64,000 nucleotides of DNA from Methanothrix sp. GTDB lineage: Archaea; Halobacteriota; Methanosarcinia; Methanotrichales; Methanotrichaceae. This document shows, piece after piece, positions 31,168 through 40,448 of this stretch; position 1 is the stretch's first letter; each line of letters starts with the position of its first letter. Position numbers and translations under genes: made by a program. The notes under the pieces are model-generated. The model had not been told where the DNA came from, searched no databases, and saw only the letters and a program-made list of their open reading frames with translations. The DNA lies in the NCBI GenBank assembly GCA_037128175.1, contig JBAXWY010000001.1, positions 1 to 64,000 of the forward strand, written 5' to 3'.

Positions 31168-32720
31168 TCATTCTCTCCTTTGCAATATTTTTTATCTTCT
31201 TTATCGAAATAGTTTATTCTTACACAATTTTTTGTGCAATTTTGTAATATAGCGCAATCATCATTATCGGATTTAATCGCACAATTCCCGTAATTTAAAA
31301 ATTCGTTATCGCAAATAGTTACGTACTTGTTGCCGTTCAGAATAATACAATTGGTGATATTAATGGAGATTGATTTGTATTTATTGATGATATTCCCAGA
31401 TATGCTGCAAGTCTCACAATTTTCTATGTAAATAGCATTAGGGGTTATTTGGGTATCTCGCTGTTTACAATCATATATTGAATTATTCAATATTGATATA
31501 TTCGAACATTTTGTTAATTTCACTCCGTTCGAGCATGACGATATATTGTTATTTGATATTATTATATTGTGAACCGTTTCAGCTTTTATCCCATAATCTG
31601 TATTTTTTATGACAAATCCATTTACTTTAACCCCACTGGATTTTATTATTATTCCCGAACTAGACTTATTCTTGAGGTCTAGAACGGGTTCATCCAGCCC
31701 CGTCAAATTCAGCGATTTGTTTATATAAATATTATGATTATAATTACCACCATATACTAAAACAGTCCCATTGACTGTGGTGTGGTTTATAGCATCATTT
31801 ATTTCGGAATATGTAAATTCGCTATAATTACCATCCTGACCAGATCGAACATACGTTGTTTTATTCACCGCGTTTAAATAAAAAAAGGAAACTTTTGAAG
31901 AGTTATATCTTCCTTGACAGTCGTAACACTGGGCGGTCCAGTTGTGCATACCGGTTTCGTTAAGCATATTAGTGAAAATAGTGGATTCATCATCATAAAT
32001 ATGCCTTGAGTCGTTTATAATCGAACCATCAATAATCAATTCGCATAATGGAACTTTTTCATGATTTTCAACTTTGATTTCAAATTCAACTGGCCTATCA
32101 AAAGCAAGCCACGACCAGTTCTTTGGCCGGATCAGCTGAATAATGGGGCCATTTTCCAAGATGATATCGTTCGGTACATTTTGTAGATTTTTCTCATTAA
32201 TAGAAGGAGATTCAGAAAGAGATCCAATGTTTGAAGCAGAATATCCCCCTGATGATATAGGCGAGATCCCTGAGCTATTTATCCCAGCCAGCCAGGCAGA
32301 TCCTTCCCACTTTGGATACGAGCTTATCCTCCTGAATGTCCACTTAAGAGTATGGACATCTCCGTCATTAAGAGGGTATGAGAATTTTTTCCAGTCACGA
32401 GAATCACATTCAAATACCTTTGAGCCGTTTATTTCAAACATAAGCTGCCCAATTTTTGAATAGCCTCCGTTCTTCCACCAAAAGCTTATGTCAACCGGGC
32501 CTTTGACGCGTCCACATAGAATGCTGGACCCGGAGCACTCTATCGGCCCAGAACGTAGAGAGATATCTCCATCATGCGTGACTGAGCTATCTGCAACCCA
32601 GGGGACACCTTCGCACCCAAAAAAATCAATGTTTTGGCCAAGGGCAAAGCCATTACAAATTATTATAAAGATAAGACATAATAGGAGTAAATAATATTTA
32701 TGTGACGTAATATATATCAT
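31155..32720 (-). CDS. AT-rich secreted protein: Trp-rich jelly-roll-like domain + Ig-like + NosD beta-helix
   Basis: ISFWWK/LKWTF domain; INDAIN...GGNY..INKSL then Asn/Ile repeats; Cys-rich. Confidence 0.8.
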   Translation of the reverse strand: MIYITSHKYYLLLLCLIFIIICNGFALGQNIDFFGCEGVPWVADSSVTHDGDISLRSGPIECSGSSILCGRVKGPVDISFWWKNGGYSKIGQLMFEINGSKVFECDSRDWKKFSYPLNDGDVHTLKWTFRRISSYPKWEGSAWLAGINSSGISPISSGGYSASNIGSLSESPSINEKNLQNVPNDIILENGPIIQLIRPKNWSWLAFDRPVEFEIKVENHEKVPLCELIIDGSIINDSRHIYDDESTIFTNMLNETGMHNWTAQCYDCQGRYNSSKVSFFYLNAVNKTTYVRSGQDGNYSEFTYSEINDAINHTTVNGTVLVYGGNYNHNIYINKSLNLTGLDEPVLDLKNKSSSGIIIKSSGVKVNGFVIKNTDYGIKAETVHNIIISNNNISSCSNGVKLTKCSNISILNNSIYDCKQRDTQITPNAIYIENCETCSISGNIINKYKSISINITNCIILNGNKYVTICDNEFLNYGNCAIKSDNDDCAILQNCTKNCVRINYFDKEDKKYCKGENECKF

Positions 32721-33108
32721 AGATTCTATTATCTCCTAAGATAAGAGGATGCTATATCAGATAGCATAACTATAATCTCCCTACCTACATTGTTTGCATT
32801 CCTCAAGAGTGAGATATATATCTTTCGCAGAACCTGGTTGATTTCATTTTATTTGCGATTTTATCACATCAGCCATCTAAATAAATTAAACACGCATTTT
32901 TTTATAAAAAATAATAACAACAACCAACTGCCAAAAATGGCAACCCGATTTTGTGCATCTTTTCCACCCTTGCTTTTTCGGATATAATGCGCGCACAGCT
33001 CCATCTCGAATAAACCATCGCGATCAAAAACACGAGAGCATCACAACAATCAGAATCTGCTGTTTGCAGGGAAAAAGATTATAATCAGCGCGCGTCGTTT
33101 GCATCTAA

Positions 33109-34164
33109 ATGAATCTCACAACGGAGGGCGCCATCACCTTCGAGACGGAGGGTGCTTTCTACAATCCCAAGATGCTTCTTAACCGCGATATCGGCGTAGC
33201 CATGGCCAGCACCCTGGGCCTCTCCGACTATCTGGACGCCCTATCTGCCAGCGGCATTCGCGGGCTAAGAGTGGCTAAGGAAGCCGGTGTAGAAAAAGTG
33301 ACCTTAAACGACGTCAGTCCCCAGGCTTGCCGGCTCATGGAAAAAAACCTGAGTCGAAACGGTCTGGCCGGCACAGTAACCTGCTGCGATGCCAATGTCC
33401 TATTGCACCAGCAGCACTTCCAGGCAGTGGACCTGGACCCCTTCGGCTCACCCTCGTCCTATCTTTCCGCAGCCAGCAGGTCCGCTCTTTCTTATCTATT
33501 TATCACCGCCACCGACACCGCCCCCCTCTGCGGTGCCCATCTCATGAGCGGTATCAGAAAGTACATGGCAGTTCCCCTACGTACAGACTATCACCGGGAG
33601 ATGGGGGCCAGAATTCTGCTCGGCCTGGCGGCACGCGAGCTGGCCCGTCTGGATAAAGCCATGCAGCCCATGCTCACCCACGTTACCGATCACTATGTGA
33701 GAACTTACCTGCGTGTGATCAAGGGGGCAAAAGCAGCCGACCGATGTCTGGAAAAACTGGGCTATGTCGAGCACTGCCGTAGCTGCGGCAGCTTTGTTCT
33801 CCTGGAAAAGCCCTGGCCTGTGGGGCAGTGCGGTCATTGCTCAGGCAAGACGGCTTTGGCCGGCCCTCTGTGGCTGGGCGGGATACAGGAAGCGCAGATA
33901 ATCGAGAAGGCCTCTGCTTGGGAGGGGCACAGCCGCCGGGCAAAAAAACTCCTCGACACATGTGCGAGCGAAGTCGAGGTGCCCATGTACTATGATCATC
34001 ATAGCATCTGCGAGAGGCTGCACATCACCCCCGGCAAGATAGATGATGCAATAGAGCGGTTGCTCGAGGGCGGACATAGGGCTTCCCGCACTCATTTTTC
34101 GGGACTGGGCATCAAGACCGATGCCGGTATGACCGATGTCGAGGCAGCCATAAGACCTGCTTGA
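33109..34164 (+). CDS. trm1: tRNA (guanine26-N2)-dimethyltransferase
   Basis: FYNPKM..NRD, DALSASGIRGLR, DLDPFGSP, TATDTAPLCG, HYVR. Confidence 0.95.
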   Translation: MNLTTEGAITFETEGAFYNPKMLLNRDIGVAMASTLGLSDYLDALSASGIRGLRVAKEAGVEKVTLNDVSPQACRLMEKNLSRNGLAGTVTCCDANVLLHQQHFQAVDLDPFGSPSSYLSAASRSALSYLFITATDTAPLCGAHLMSGIRKYMAVPLRTDYHREMGARILLGLAARELARLDKAMQPMLTHVTDHYVRTYLRVIKGAKAADRCLEKLGYVEHCRSCGSFVLLEKPWPVGQCGHCSGKTALAGPLWLGGIQEAQIIEKASAWEGHSRRAKKLLDTCASEVEVPMYYDHHSICERLHITPGKIDDAIERLLEGGHRASRTHFSGLGIKTDAGMTDVEAAIRPA

Positions 34165-34243
34165 TTTCGTAATAATTTATAAAAAGTTCTATCTGTTTTT
34201 CAACCTAAAACTTAATAAAGGAGAAGAGACCTAATAGTGATAG

Positions 34244-34332
34244 CTGCATTATGATAGGATAGTGCAGGAATTCGCGGCACGAGGTGACGTTTATTACCCC
34301 CTTCATTGCTACTCCCTTTCGCATCTCGTGCC
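34244..34332 (+). ncRNA. Candidate structured RNA: two hairpins, second with C-rich loop
   Basis: CTGCATTAT/ATAGTGCAG stem; GGCACGAGGTG/CATCTCGTGCC stem; TTAATAAA box at 34212-34219. Confidence 0.4.
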
Positions 34333-34362
34333 ATCCCTAGTTATATTTTAGCAGGTTCTAAA

Positions 34363-34743
34363 ATGCAGTTCACATCCTACTTGACTTATTTAGCGGGCTC
34401 CGACCTGCGGCTGGTCGTATATTTCCTCATGGGTGGAACGGTGACGGCTCTCACAGCCTACTTCGCCAGCCAGGGGCGAGGCATGCTCTCCGCCTTCATA
34501 ACTACTCTGCCCTTGCTCACGGTTTTCAGTTTTTTGCTAATCTATGCCGAGGGCGGCAGCAAGACAGTGGAAGAGTATGCCAAAAGCCTTCTCATCTTCA
34601 CTCCACCATGGCTCTGCTATGTCACCATCGTCCTCCTGGGAGTTAATCGCATAGGAATAGCCAAGAGCCTGATCCTGGGGGTCCTTTTCTTCGTGGTCCT
34701 ATCCGTCCTCCTGGAAAAAATGCTGCCCGGCACAAAACTGTAA
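34363..34743 (+). CDS. Small 4-TM membrane protein (DUF3147/GlpM-like)
   Basis: YFLMGG, TTLP motif, four hydrophobic segments. Confidence 0.75.
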   Translation: MQFTSYLTYLAGSDLRLVVYFLMGGTVTALTAYFASQGRGMLSAFITTLPLLTVFSFLLIYAEGGSKTVEEYAKSLLIFTPPWLCYVTIVLLGVNRIGIAKSLILGVLFFVVLSVLLEKMLPGTKL

Positions 34744-34769
34744 AATAATAGTTTGGTTAAGGCAAGGCC

Positions 34770-35432
34770 ATGAAAATTGCTCTCGTTGGCGGAACCGGCG
34801 ATATCGGCACGGGATTTGCCGTGCGCTGGGGGCAAAAGCATGAGATCATCATCGGCTCACGAAATGTTGACAAAGCCAGGGAGAGCGCAGCCGCTGTATT
34901 GCAACTCTTAGGAGCCTTAGGTAATGTGCAGGGCGCGGACAACGCCAGTGCCGTTGCTGGGGCTGATGTGGTCGTGCTGTGCGTGCCCTATGAGCATCTG
35001 GCTTCTGTTACAACCGGTCTGTTAGACTCCTACAAGAGCCAGCTCGTCATCTCGCCCGTGGTGCCCATGATTTACAACGGCAAGTTTTTCCAGTACCAAC
35101 CCCCCCCCGAGGGAAGCGCAGCCCTGCAGGCAAGGATGTTGCTGCCAAAAGACGTTAGAGTGGTCTCTGCCTTTCATACCATCTGCGCCGCGGCTTTGCA
35201 GGATATTGAGAGGGTGATGAAGGCGGATGCTTTTATCTGTGGCGATGATGCAGAGGCGATAAAGATCACTATGGAGCTTGCCGGTGAGATAAAGAGCCTC
35301 CGACCACTGAACGCGGGTCCTCTGGCCGTCTCCCCCATGATAGAGAGCCTGACACCCTTTCTGCTCAATGTAGCCCGCAAGAACAAGATCAAGGATGCGG
35401 GAATAACCGTCGTTTCCGAGCGAAAAAATTAA
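34770..35432 (+). CDS. fno: F420-dependent NADP+ oxidoreductase
   Basis: GGTGDIG, IIGSR, SAFHT, GPL...IESLT. Confidence 0.93.
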   Translation: MKIALVGGTGDIGTGFAVRWGQKHEIIIGSRNVDKARESAAAVLQLLGALGNVQGADNASAVAGADVVVLCVPYEHLASVTTGLLDSYKSQLVISPVVPMIYNGKFFQYQPPPEGSAALQARMLLPKDVRVVSAFHTICAAALQDIERVMKADAFICGDDAEAIKITMELAGEIKSLRPLNAGPLAVSPMIESLTPFLLNVARKNKIKDAGITVVSERKN

Positions 35433-36724
35433 AAATAATTAAGAATTAAAGAATAGCCATTTTTTATCATATCCCAGATCATATCTGCTGAAAGGTTCAG
35501 TCCCAGCCAATGCCAGATGAGATAGACGCCAACGAACATCCCTAGCATGGCACCCACGTTTGAAAGTGCCGCCACTAAGATGACCTTAAAGAGGCGGTTT
35601 TGCATCATCTGATTATAGTTGTCTGCAGCTGCCAGCGCTTTCAGGTCGGAAACTGTCGGCTTGAGCTTCCAGGCCTCCACCATTCCGGCAAACCAGCCCG
35701 CTGCCACAAAGGGATTGAGGGTCGTCATCCAGGCCACCAGGAGCGCCGTAAGTGCGGAGAGCGGATGGCCTCTGGCCAAGACGACTCCTAAAGCCGACAG
35801 CCCTCCGGTTACTACGAACCAGATGATACAGGCCTGGAGAATGATCTCGCTGGACTTTGCCGTGATCAGCACCAGACCAATGGTGACCAGGATAAGTAGG
35901 CTCACCACTACCCCAAATATCTTGACAAAGGTGATCTTTTTGCCGGGCTTCTCATTCAAGCCTTCCAGGGCAGGAATATTCTCGGGATGCTCCAGATGCT
36001 TGAGAATGCCCTCTCTGTGGCCCGCCCCCACCACGGCCAGCACCCGGCCCTGCTTGGAGAGCAAGTGCAGATTACGAGCCAGGTAGGCGTCGCGCTCATC
36101 CACCAGCACGTTCGCCGCCCCTGGGGAGATCTTCCTAAACTCCGAGATCATCTGGGAGACAATATCTGCCTGAGTGATGCTGTCGATATCAATCTCTTCT
36201 TCATCGCCCCAGCCAAGAGCTGCCGGGACCAGGGATCCGACAAGCCTGATCTTATCAAAAAATCCCATAGCCGACCAGAAGCGCTGAATGGTAATGCCAA
36301 TGTCCCTATCGACCAGTGCCACCCGCGCCCCCGCTTTCTTGGCAGCTTCTATGGCCGCCAGCATCTCCGAGCCGGGTTTGACTCCCAGCTCCTCGCCGAT
36401 CTTTCTCTGGATATAGGCCAAAAACAACTGCACCAGGAAGAAAAAGAGTTTTCCGCCACTCAAAAGCTCGCTGATCTTGATCTCCTTCTCTACTTCCTGG
36501 CCGATAAGAGCCCGATAGCGAGCAGGACACAGCTCTACAGCCACGATATCGGGCCGCGTCTCCTCTATTTTGCTGATTACTTCCTGGACGCTTTTCTCTG
36601 AGACATGGGCCGTTCCTACTATTATGATCTCATGGGACTCGCTGCCAGCGGGCGTCTCCCCCGGCTCCACCAGCCGGCAAGAAGAAGCGTCGGCTTCTTT
36701 CATCGTTTCCGTCGTATTCTCCAA
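35429..36724 (-). CDS. TraB/PrgY family protein with C-terminal membrane domain
   Basis: GTAHVS, VAVEL, PGSEM, DERD, VVGAGH. Confidence 0.9.
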   Translation of the reverse strand: MENTTETMKEADASSCRLVEPGETPAGSESHEIIIVGTAHVSEKSVQEVISKIEETRPDIVAVELCPARYRALIGQEVEKEIKISELLSGGKLFFFLVQLFLAYIQRKIGEELGVKPGSEMLAAIEAAKKAGARVALVDRDIGITIQRFWSAMGFFDKIRLVGSLVPAALGWGDEEEIDIDSITQADIVSQMISEFRKISPGAANVLVDERDAYLARNLHLLSKQGRVLAVVGAGHREGILKHLEHPENIPALEGLNEKPGKKITFVKIFGVVVSLLILVTIGLVLITAKSSEIILQACIIWFVVTGGLSALGVVLARGHPLSALTALLVAWMTTLNPFVAAGWFAGMVEAWKLKPTVSDLKALAAADNYNQMMQNRLFKVILVAALSNVGAMLGMFVGVYLIWHWLGLNLSADMIWDMIKNGYSLILNYF

Positions 36725-36736
36725 ATTGATTACCTC

Positions 36737-37846
36737 TCACTGCACGAGCTCAATGGCCCTGACCAGGTCCTCCCTGGAGACGATGCCCACCAATCGGCCC
36801 TCATCGATCACAGGCAGTCGGCGAATTTGCATTTCATTCATCATCTTCATGGCAGTCGATGCCTCCTCCAGAGGTCCGATCAAATATAACTTTCTTGCCA
36901 TCACCTGATCTACGCGAGTATGGGTCCTCTCCGCTTCTGGAACCCTCTGCAGATCGGTCAAGGTGATAATTCCCGCCAGGGCTTCGCCAGACATTACCGG
37001 ATAGCCTCTATGTTTTTCCCGGAACATCAGCTCTTTTAGCTCTTCAAGCGTCATTTCCGAAGCGATGCTACGCACCGGGGCGGACATTATGTCTCGCACT
37101 GATATTCCCTCCAGGCTGACGCTTATTTCCGTGGCCTTCTCCTCTTCAGATGCACCCACATAAACGAAGAATGCCACAAAGAGTAGCATGAAATTTAAGG
37201 AGGACAGGCCCAGCAGAAACATGAGAGTCGCGAAGACCTTTCCGATATCCGCAGCTCGCCGGGTAGCTTTTACATAAGGCATGCGGGTGGCAAACCAGGC
37301 CCGCAAGAGGCGGCCTCCATCCATAGGAAATGCAGGGAGGAGATTGAAGGCCATGAGGATGAGATTCATGATGCCTAAAGTCCAGAACATGATGGCCAGA
37401 GCATTTCCCGCACCACCAAAAGCGGCGGCCGGTCCGGCCAAGTAAACCGAGATCAATCCCAGCACGCCGCTTACAGCCGGTCCGGCAAAGGCCATCTGCA
37501 GCTCCAGGCGGGGATTTCTGGGGATCTCCTCCATGGAAGCCACTCCGCCAAAGAAGTAGAGAGTTATGCTCTTTATGCCAATGCCGTTCTTGTGGGCGAT
37601 ATATGAATGCCCCAGCTCATGCAGGGCCACGCAGGCGAAGAGCACTACGGCAAAGAGCAGAGAATAAATCAATCGCAGCTGTGCCGGCTCAATGCCGCCG
37701 AAACCATAAGTCTTTCCGTAGACGATCTGGCTGAAAGAGGCAAAAGCCCAGGCAACATATAGGATGACCAACAGAAATGTCCAGTGTAGCCGCACTGGTA
37801 TGTCCATGATCTTTCCAAGCTCCAGAGAAGAGTTCATAGGAGACAT
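36737..37846 (-). CDS. Site-2 (M50) metalloprotease with CBS pair
   Basis: HELGH, AGP, FNLLPAFPMDGGR, two CBS domains. Confidence 0.93.
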   Translation of the reverse strand: MSPMNSSLELGKIMDIPVRLHWTFLLVILYVAWAFASFSQIVYGKTYGFGGIEPAQLRLIYSLLFAVVLFACVALHELGHSYIAHKNGIGIKSITLYFFGGVASMEEIPRNPRLELQMAFAGPAVSGVLGLISVYLAGPAAAFGGAGNALAIMFWTLGIMNLILMAFNLLPAFPMDGGRLLRAWFATRMPYVKATRRAADIGKVFATLMFLLGLSSLNFMLLFVAFFVYVGASEEEKATEISVSLEGISVRDIMSAPVRSIASEMTLEELKELMFREKHRGYPVMSGEALAGIITLTDLQRVPEAERTHTRVDQVMARKLYLIGPLEEASTAMKMMNEMQIRRLPVIDEGRLVGIVSREDLVRAIELVQ

Positions 37847-37890
37847 TTAAACGCTGGCATTAATAGATCTTTTGACAACTAATTTAAAGA

Positions 37891-37948
37891 GAGCGGGTAG
37901 GAGAGTGGGGGGTTCAGTGTGGATTTCAAAAACTAGGATTACCCGCTC
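37891..37948 (-). ncRNA. Candidate small RNA or leader hairpin with C-rich loop (copy 1)
   Basis: Stem GAGCGGGTA/TACCCGCTC; loop ends CACTGAACCCCCCACTCTCC; TTTATA 24 nt upstream. Confidence 0.55.
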
Positions 37949-37951
37949 AAA

Positions 37952-38539
37952 TTATTGAAGTGACGGAGAAGATATAAATTTATCCCTTGAATAGGCTTTT
38001 ACAAGATATCTTACCTGAGCGCTATGCTCTGCCATACAGGCTGCCGTATAAGCATCAGAGAGACTATTGCCGGCGGCAAATACGCCATGGCCGCGAGCAA
38101 TACATGCCTTATGAGTTTGCAGGGCAGAAGATGCAGCCATGGCCAGCTCATTTGTGCCGATTTGGCCCTCAACAATGGGCATTGTTCCTAAAAAGACCTT
38201 GCCCTCGCCATCCAGCGGCTCTACGATCTTTCGCTCCAATAGAGATAGTGCCACTGCATAAGGAGAATGAGTGTGAATGATGGCCATGTTTATAGTGCTC
38301 TGGTAGATGGCCCGGTGAACACAGGTCTCGCTGCTGGCAATCTTGTCCTGATCGCAGGGATGGCTTAAATCAACCTCCACCACCAATTCTTCCTCCAGCT
38401 CGTCAAGCATGCTGCCGGTGCAGGTTATAAAGATCCGACCTTCCCGCAGGAGGCTGATATTTCCGAAGCGGGAGCTGGTAAGCCCGGAAATAACCAACTT
38501 CTTGCCGAAACGGGCGATCTCTTGCCAGGCTAAAGACAT
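37952..38539 (-). CDS. Class II aldolase/adducin family protein
   Basis: GNIS, SSETCVH, HTHSPYA, GHG. Confidence 0.88.
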   Translation of the reverse strand: MSLAWQEIARFGKKLVISGLTSSRFGNISLLREGRIFITCTGSMLDELEEELVVEVDLSHPCDQDKIASSETCVHRAIYQSTINMAIIHTHSPYAVALSLLERKIVEPLDGEGKVFLGTMPIVEGQIGTNELAMAASSALQTHKACIARGHGVFAAGNSLSDAYTAACMAEHSAQVRYLVKAYSRDKFISSPSLQ

Positions 38540-38546
38540 ACCAGCT

Positions 38547-40436
38547 TCACTCCTTCTCCAATAGACGGAAAGGGACCGCCTTATCGTCCACCTCCCCGAA
38601 TTTACCCAGCAAGTCAACCTTTACCTGGTAGTCGCCAGGAGTCCAAAAGCTCGTCTCCCAGCGGGCAGAGAAGATGCCGTTGCCGTCGAAGTCATCCATG
38701 GGTATCTCCATATTTCGGTCCGGCCCTACGATGTTGGCGTTTATGGCCCTGATATCGCCTAAAGCCTGCGCTTCGATCATGACCGGCTCGCCTACAGAGG
38801 CATCGTTTCGGTTTAGCTTAATCTCCTCGATAACAGGGGGCGACAGCCCCGACCGAGTCGCACTGATGCTTTGCAGGGCACCGGTCAGATTAAGAGCCCC
38901 ATAGCCGTAAACATTATCAGGCCCAGGCGGGCCCAGATCGTCAGCAGTCTTGAGTAGCACCCTCTTTACATCAGCCGGGGCAAGATCAGGCTTTGCTTCC
39001 AGCAACAGCGCCACTGCCCCGGATACTTGAGGAACGGCCATCGATGTGCCGCTCAATGAGCTCTTGCCGCTCTTTGATCCAGCCAGGGCGGAGACTACAT
39101 CCACACCCAACGTGACCAGATCGGGCTTGGTGTCCCCTTTGGCCGTCGGCCCGCGCGAGGATAGTTCGAAGATAGTGCCAGAACTGTCCACAGCCCCCAC
39201 GGTTACCACGTTCTCGGCATCGCCTGGAATGACAATGGATGAAGCGGCAGGACCGGAGTTTCCTGCTGCCACACACATAACCAGCCCCTGTTCCACCATT
39301 TTGTTGCAGGCTTCATCCAGGAGAGACGTGCCGTCCGAAGGGCTCTCGCCACCCACGGAAAAGGATACTACCCTAATTCCGTAACGCTCTTTATTCTCCA
39401 GGCACCAGTCCAGTGCGTTTAGGGCATCAGATAGATAGCATGCACCTTCTCGGTCCATGACCTTTATCACTACCAGCTTTGCTCCCGGTGCCACGCCTGT
39501 GCCCTTCTCTCCGGCGACTAGGCTGGCACAATGGGTGCCATGATCGTTGTCATCGTAGGAAGCAGTTTGATTGTTCACGAAATCCTTGAAGGCCACAATT
39601 TTGCCTGCCAGGGCCTTGTGATCACGATCCGCACCAGTATCAATGAGGGCCACAGTCACGCCCTCCCCCGTGTAGCCTTTATTCATCCTGGGGTCATCAA
39701 TAATCCATGGATCATCGCGTGAAGTGGAGAGCGTTGACGGACCGCTAGCCTCGTCGGGCAGCGCCAAAACCTTCAGCTTCTGGTCCTTGTAGATGCCCCT
39801 AACACCATTGGTTCTGGCAATCTTCTCCAGCTTGTCGCTGGATACCGTCAAGGCGCTCCCCGGCAAGATATGGAAGCGATCCGCGGATGTAGCGACATTG
39901 CTCAGATTGCCGTCATGAAGGACGATCACCCTCAGATCCTTCCCGCCTTGCTTTTCCAGGCTGTCCTCGATTCCATTGCCGTTGAGATCATTGGGGTCGC
40001 GAATGGTAAGGGTTGCTGATTCGTCCTTTGCCGCATTGCCGGATTTGTCAATGGCCACAATTGTAACCTTGTAGGCTCCGGGCGGCAGGTTGGAGCCGCA
40101 GTATCCTGTATATCTGCCGTCTTGATTCAGATCCAGCATGAGGTTCATGCGACTACCGATATCGGCATAGACCATCTCTATGCTGCCGGCATCATGGACA
40201 AAAGCGTTGATCTCGCTTCTGGGTGCACCCATCTTCAGCGCCGATGGATTTACGCTCACTCCATAAACGACCGGAGGCATACCGTCATCCGCGTTTGGCT
40301 TGAAGTAGCTGTCATATTCCTTTTCAAACCAGATGCTGGCCTTGTTGTTATCGAGCGCATTTTGCATGGGGAAAGCGGCCGCACTGCTAAGCAGAGCGGC
40401 CAATAAAATAAAATAGGCAAATGAGCTGGAGTTCAC
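38547..40436 (-). CDS. Secreted subtilisin-like S8 protease with flanking Ig-like modules
   Basis: Triad IDTG / HGTH / GTSMA, AAGNSG; signal peptide. Confidence 0.93.
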   Translation of the reverse strand: MNSSSFAYFILLAALLSSAAAFPMQNALDNNKASIWFEKEYDSYFKPNADDGMPPVVYGVSVNPSALKMGAPRSEINAFVHDAGSIEMVYADIGSRMNLMLDLNQDGRYTGYCGSNLPPGAYKVTIVAIDKSGNAAKDESATLTIRDPNDLNGNGIEDSLEKQGGKDLRVIVLHDGNLSNVATSADRFHILPGSALTVSSDKLEKIARTNGVRGIYKDQKLKVLALPDEASGPSTLSTSRDDPWIIDDPRMNKGYTGEGVTVALIDTGADRDHKALAGKIVAFKDFVNNQTASYDDNDHGTHCASLVAGEKGTGVAPGAKLVVIKVMDREGACYLSDALNALDWCLENKERYGIRVVSFSVGGESPSDGTSLLDEACNKMVEQGLVMCVAAGNSGPAASSIVIPGDAENVVTVGAVDSSGTIFELSSRGPTAKGDTKPDLVTLGVDVVSALAGSKSGKSSLSGTSMAVPQVSGAVALLLEAKPDLAPADVKRVLLKTADDLGPPGPDNVYGYGALNLTGALQSISATRSGLSPPVIEEIKLNRNDASVGEPVMIEAQALGDIRAINANIVGPDRNMEIPMDDFDGNGIFSARWETSFWTPGDYQVKVDLLGKFGEVDDKAVPFRLLEKE

Positions 40437-40448
40437 ACTTAGCTCCAG

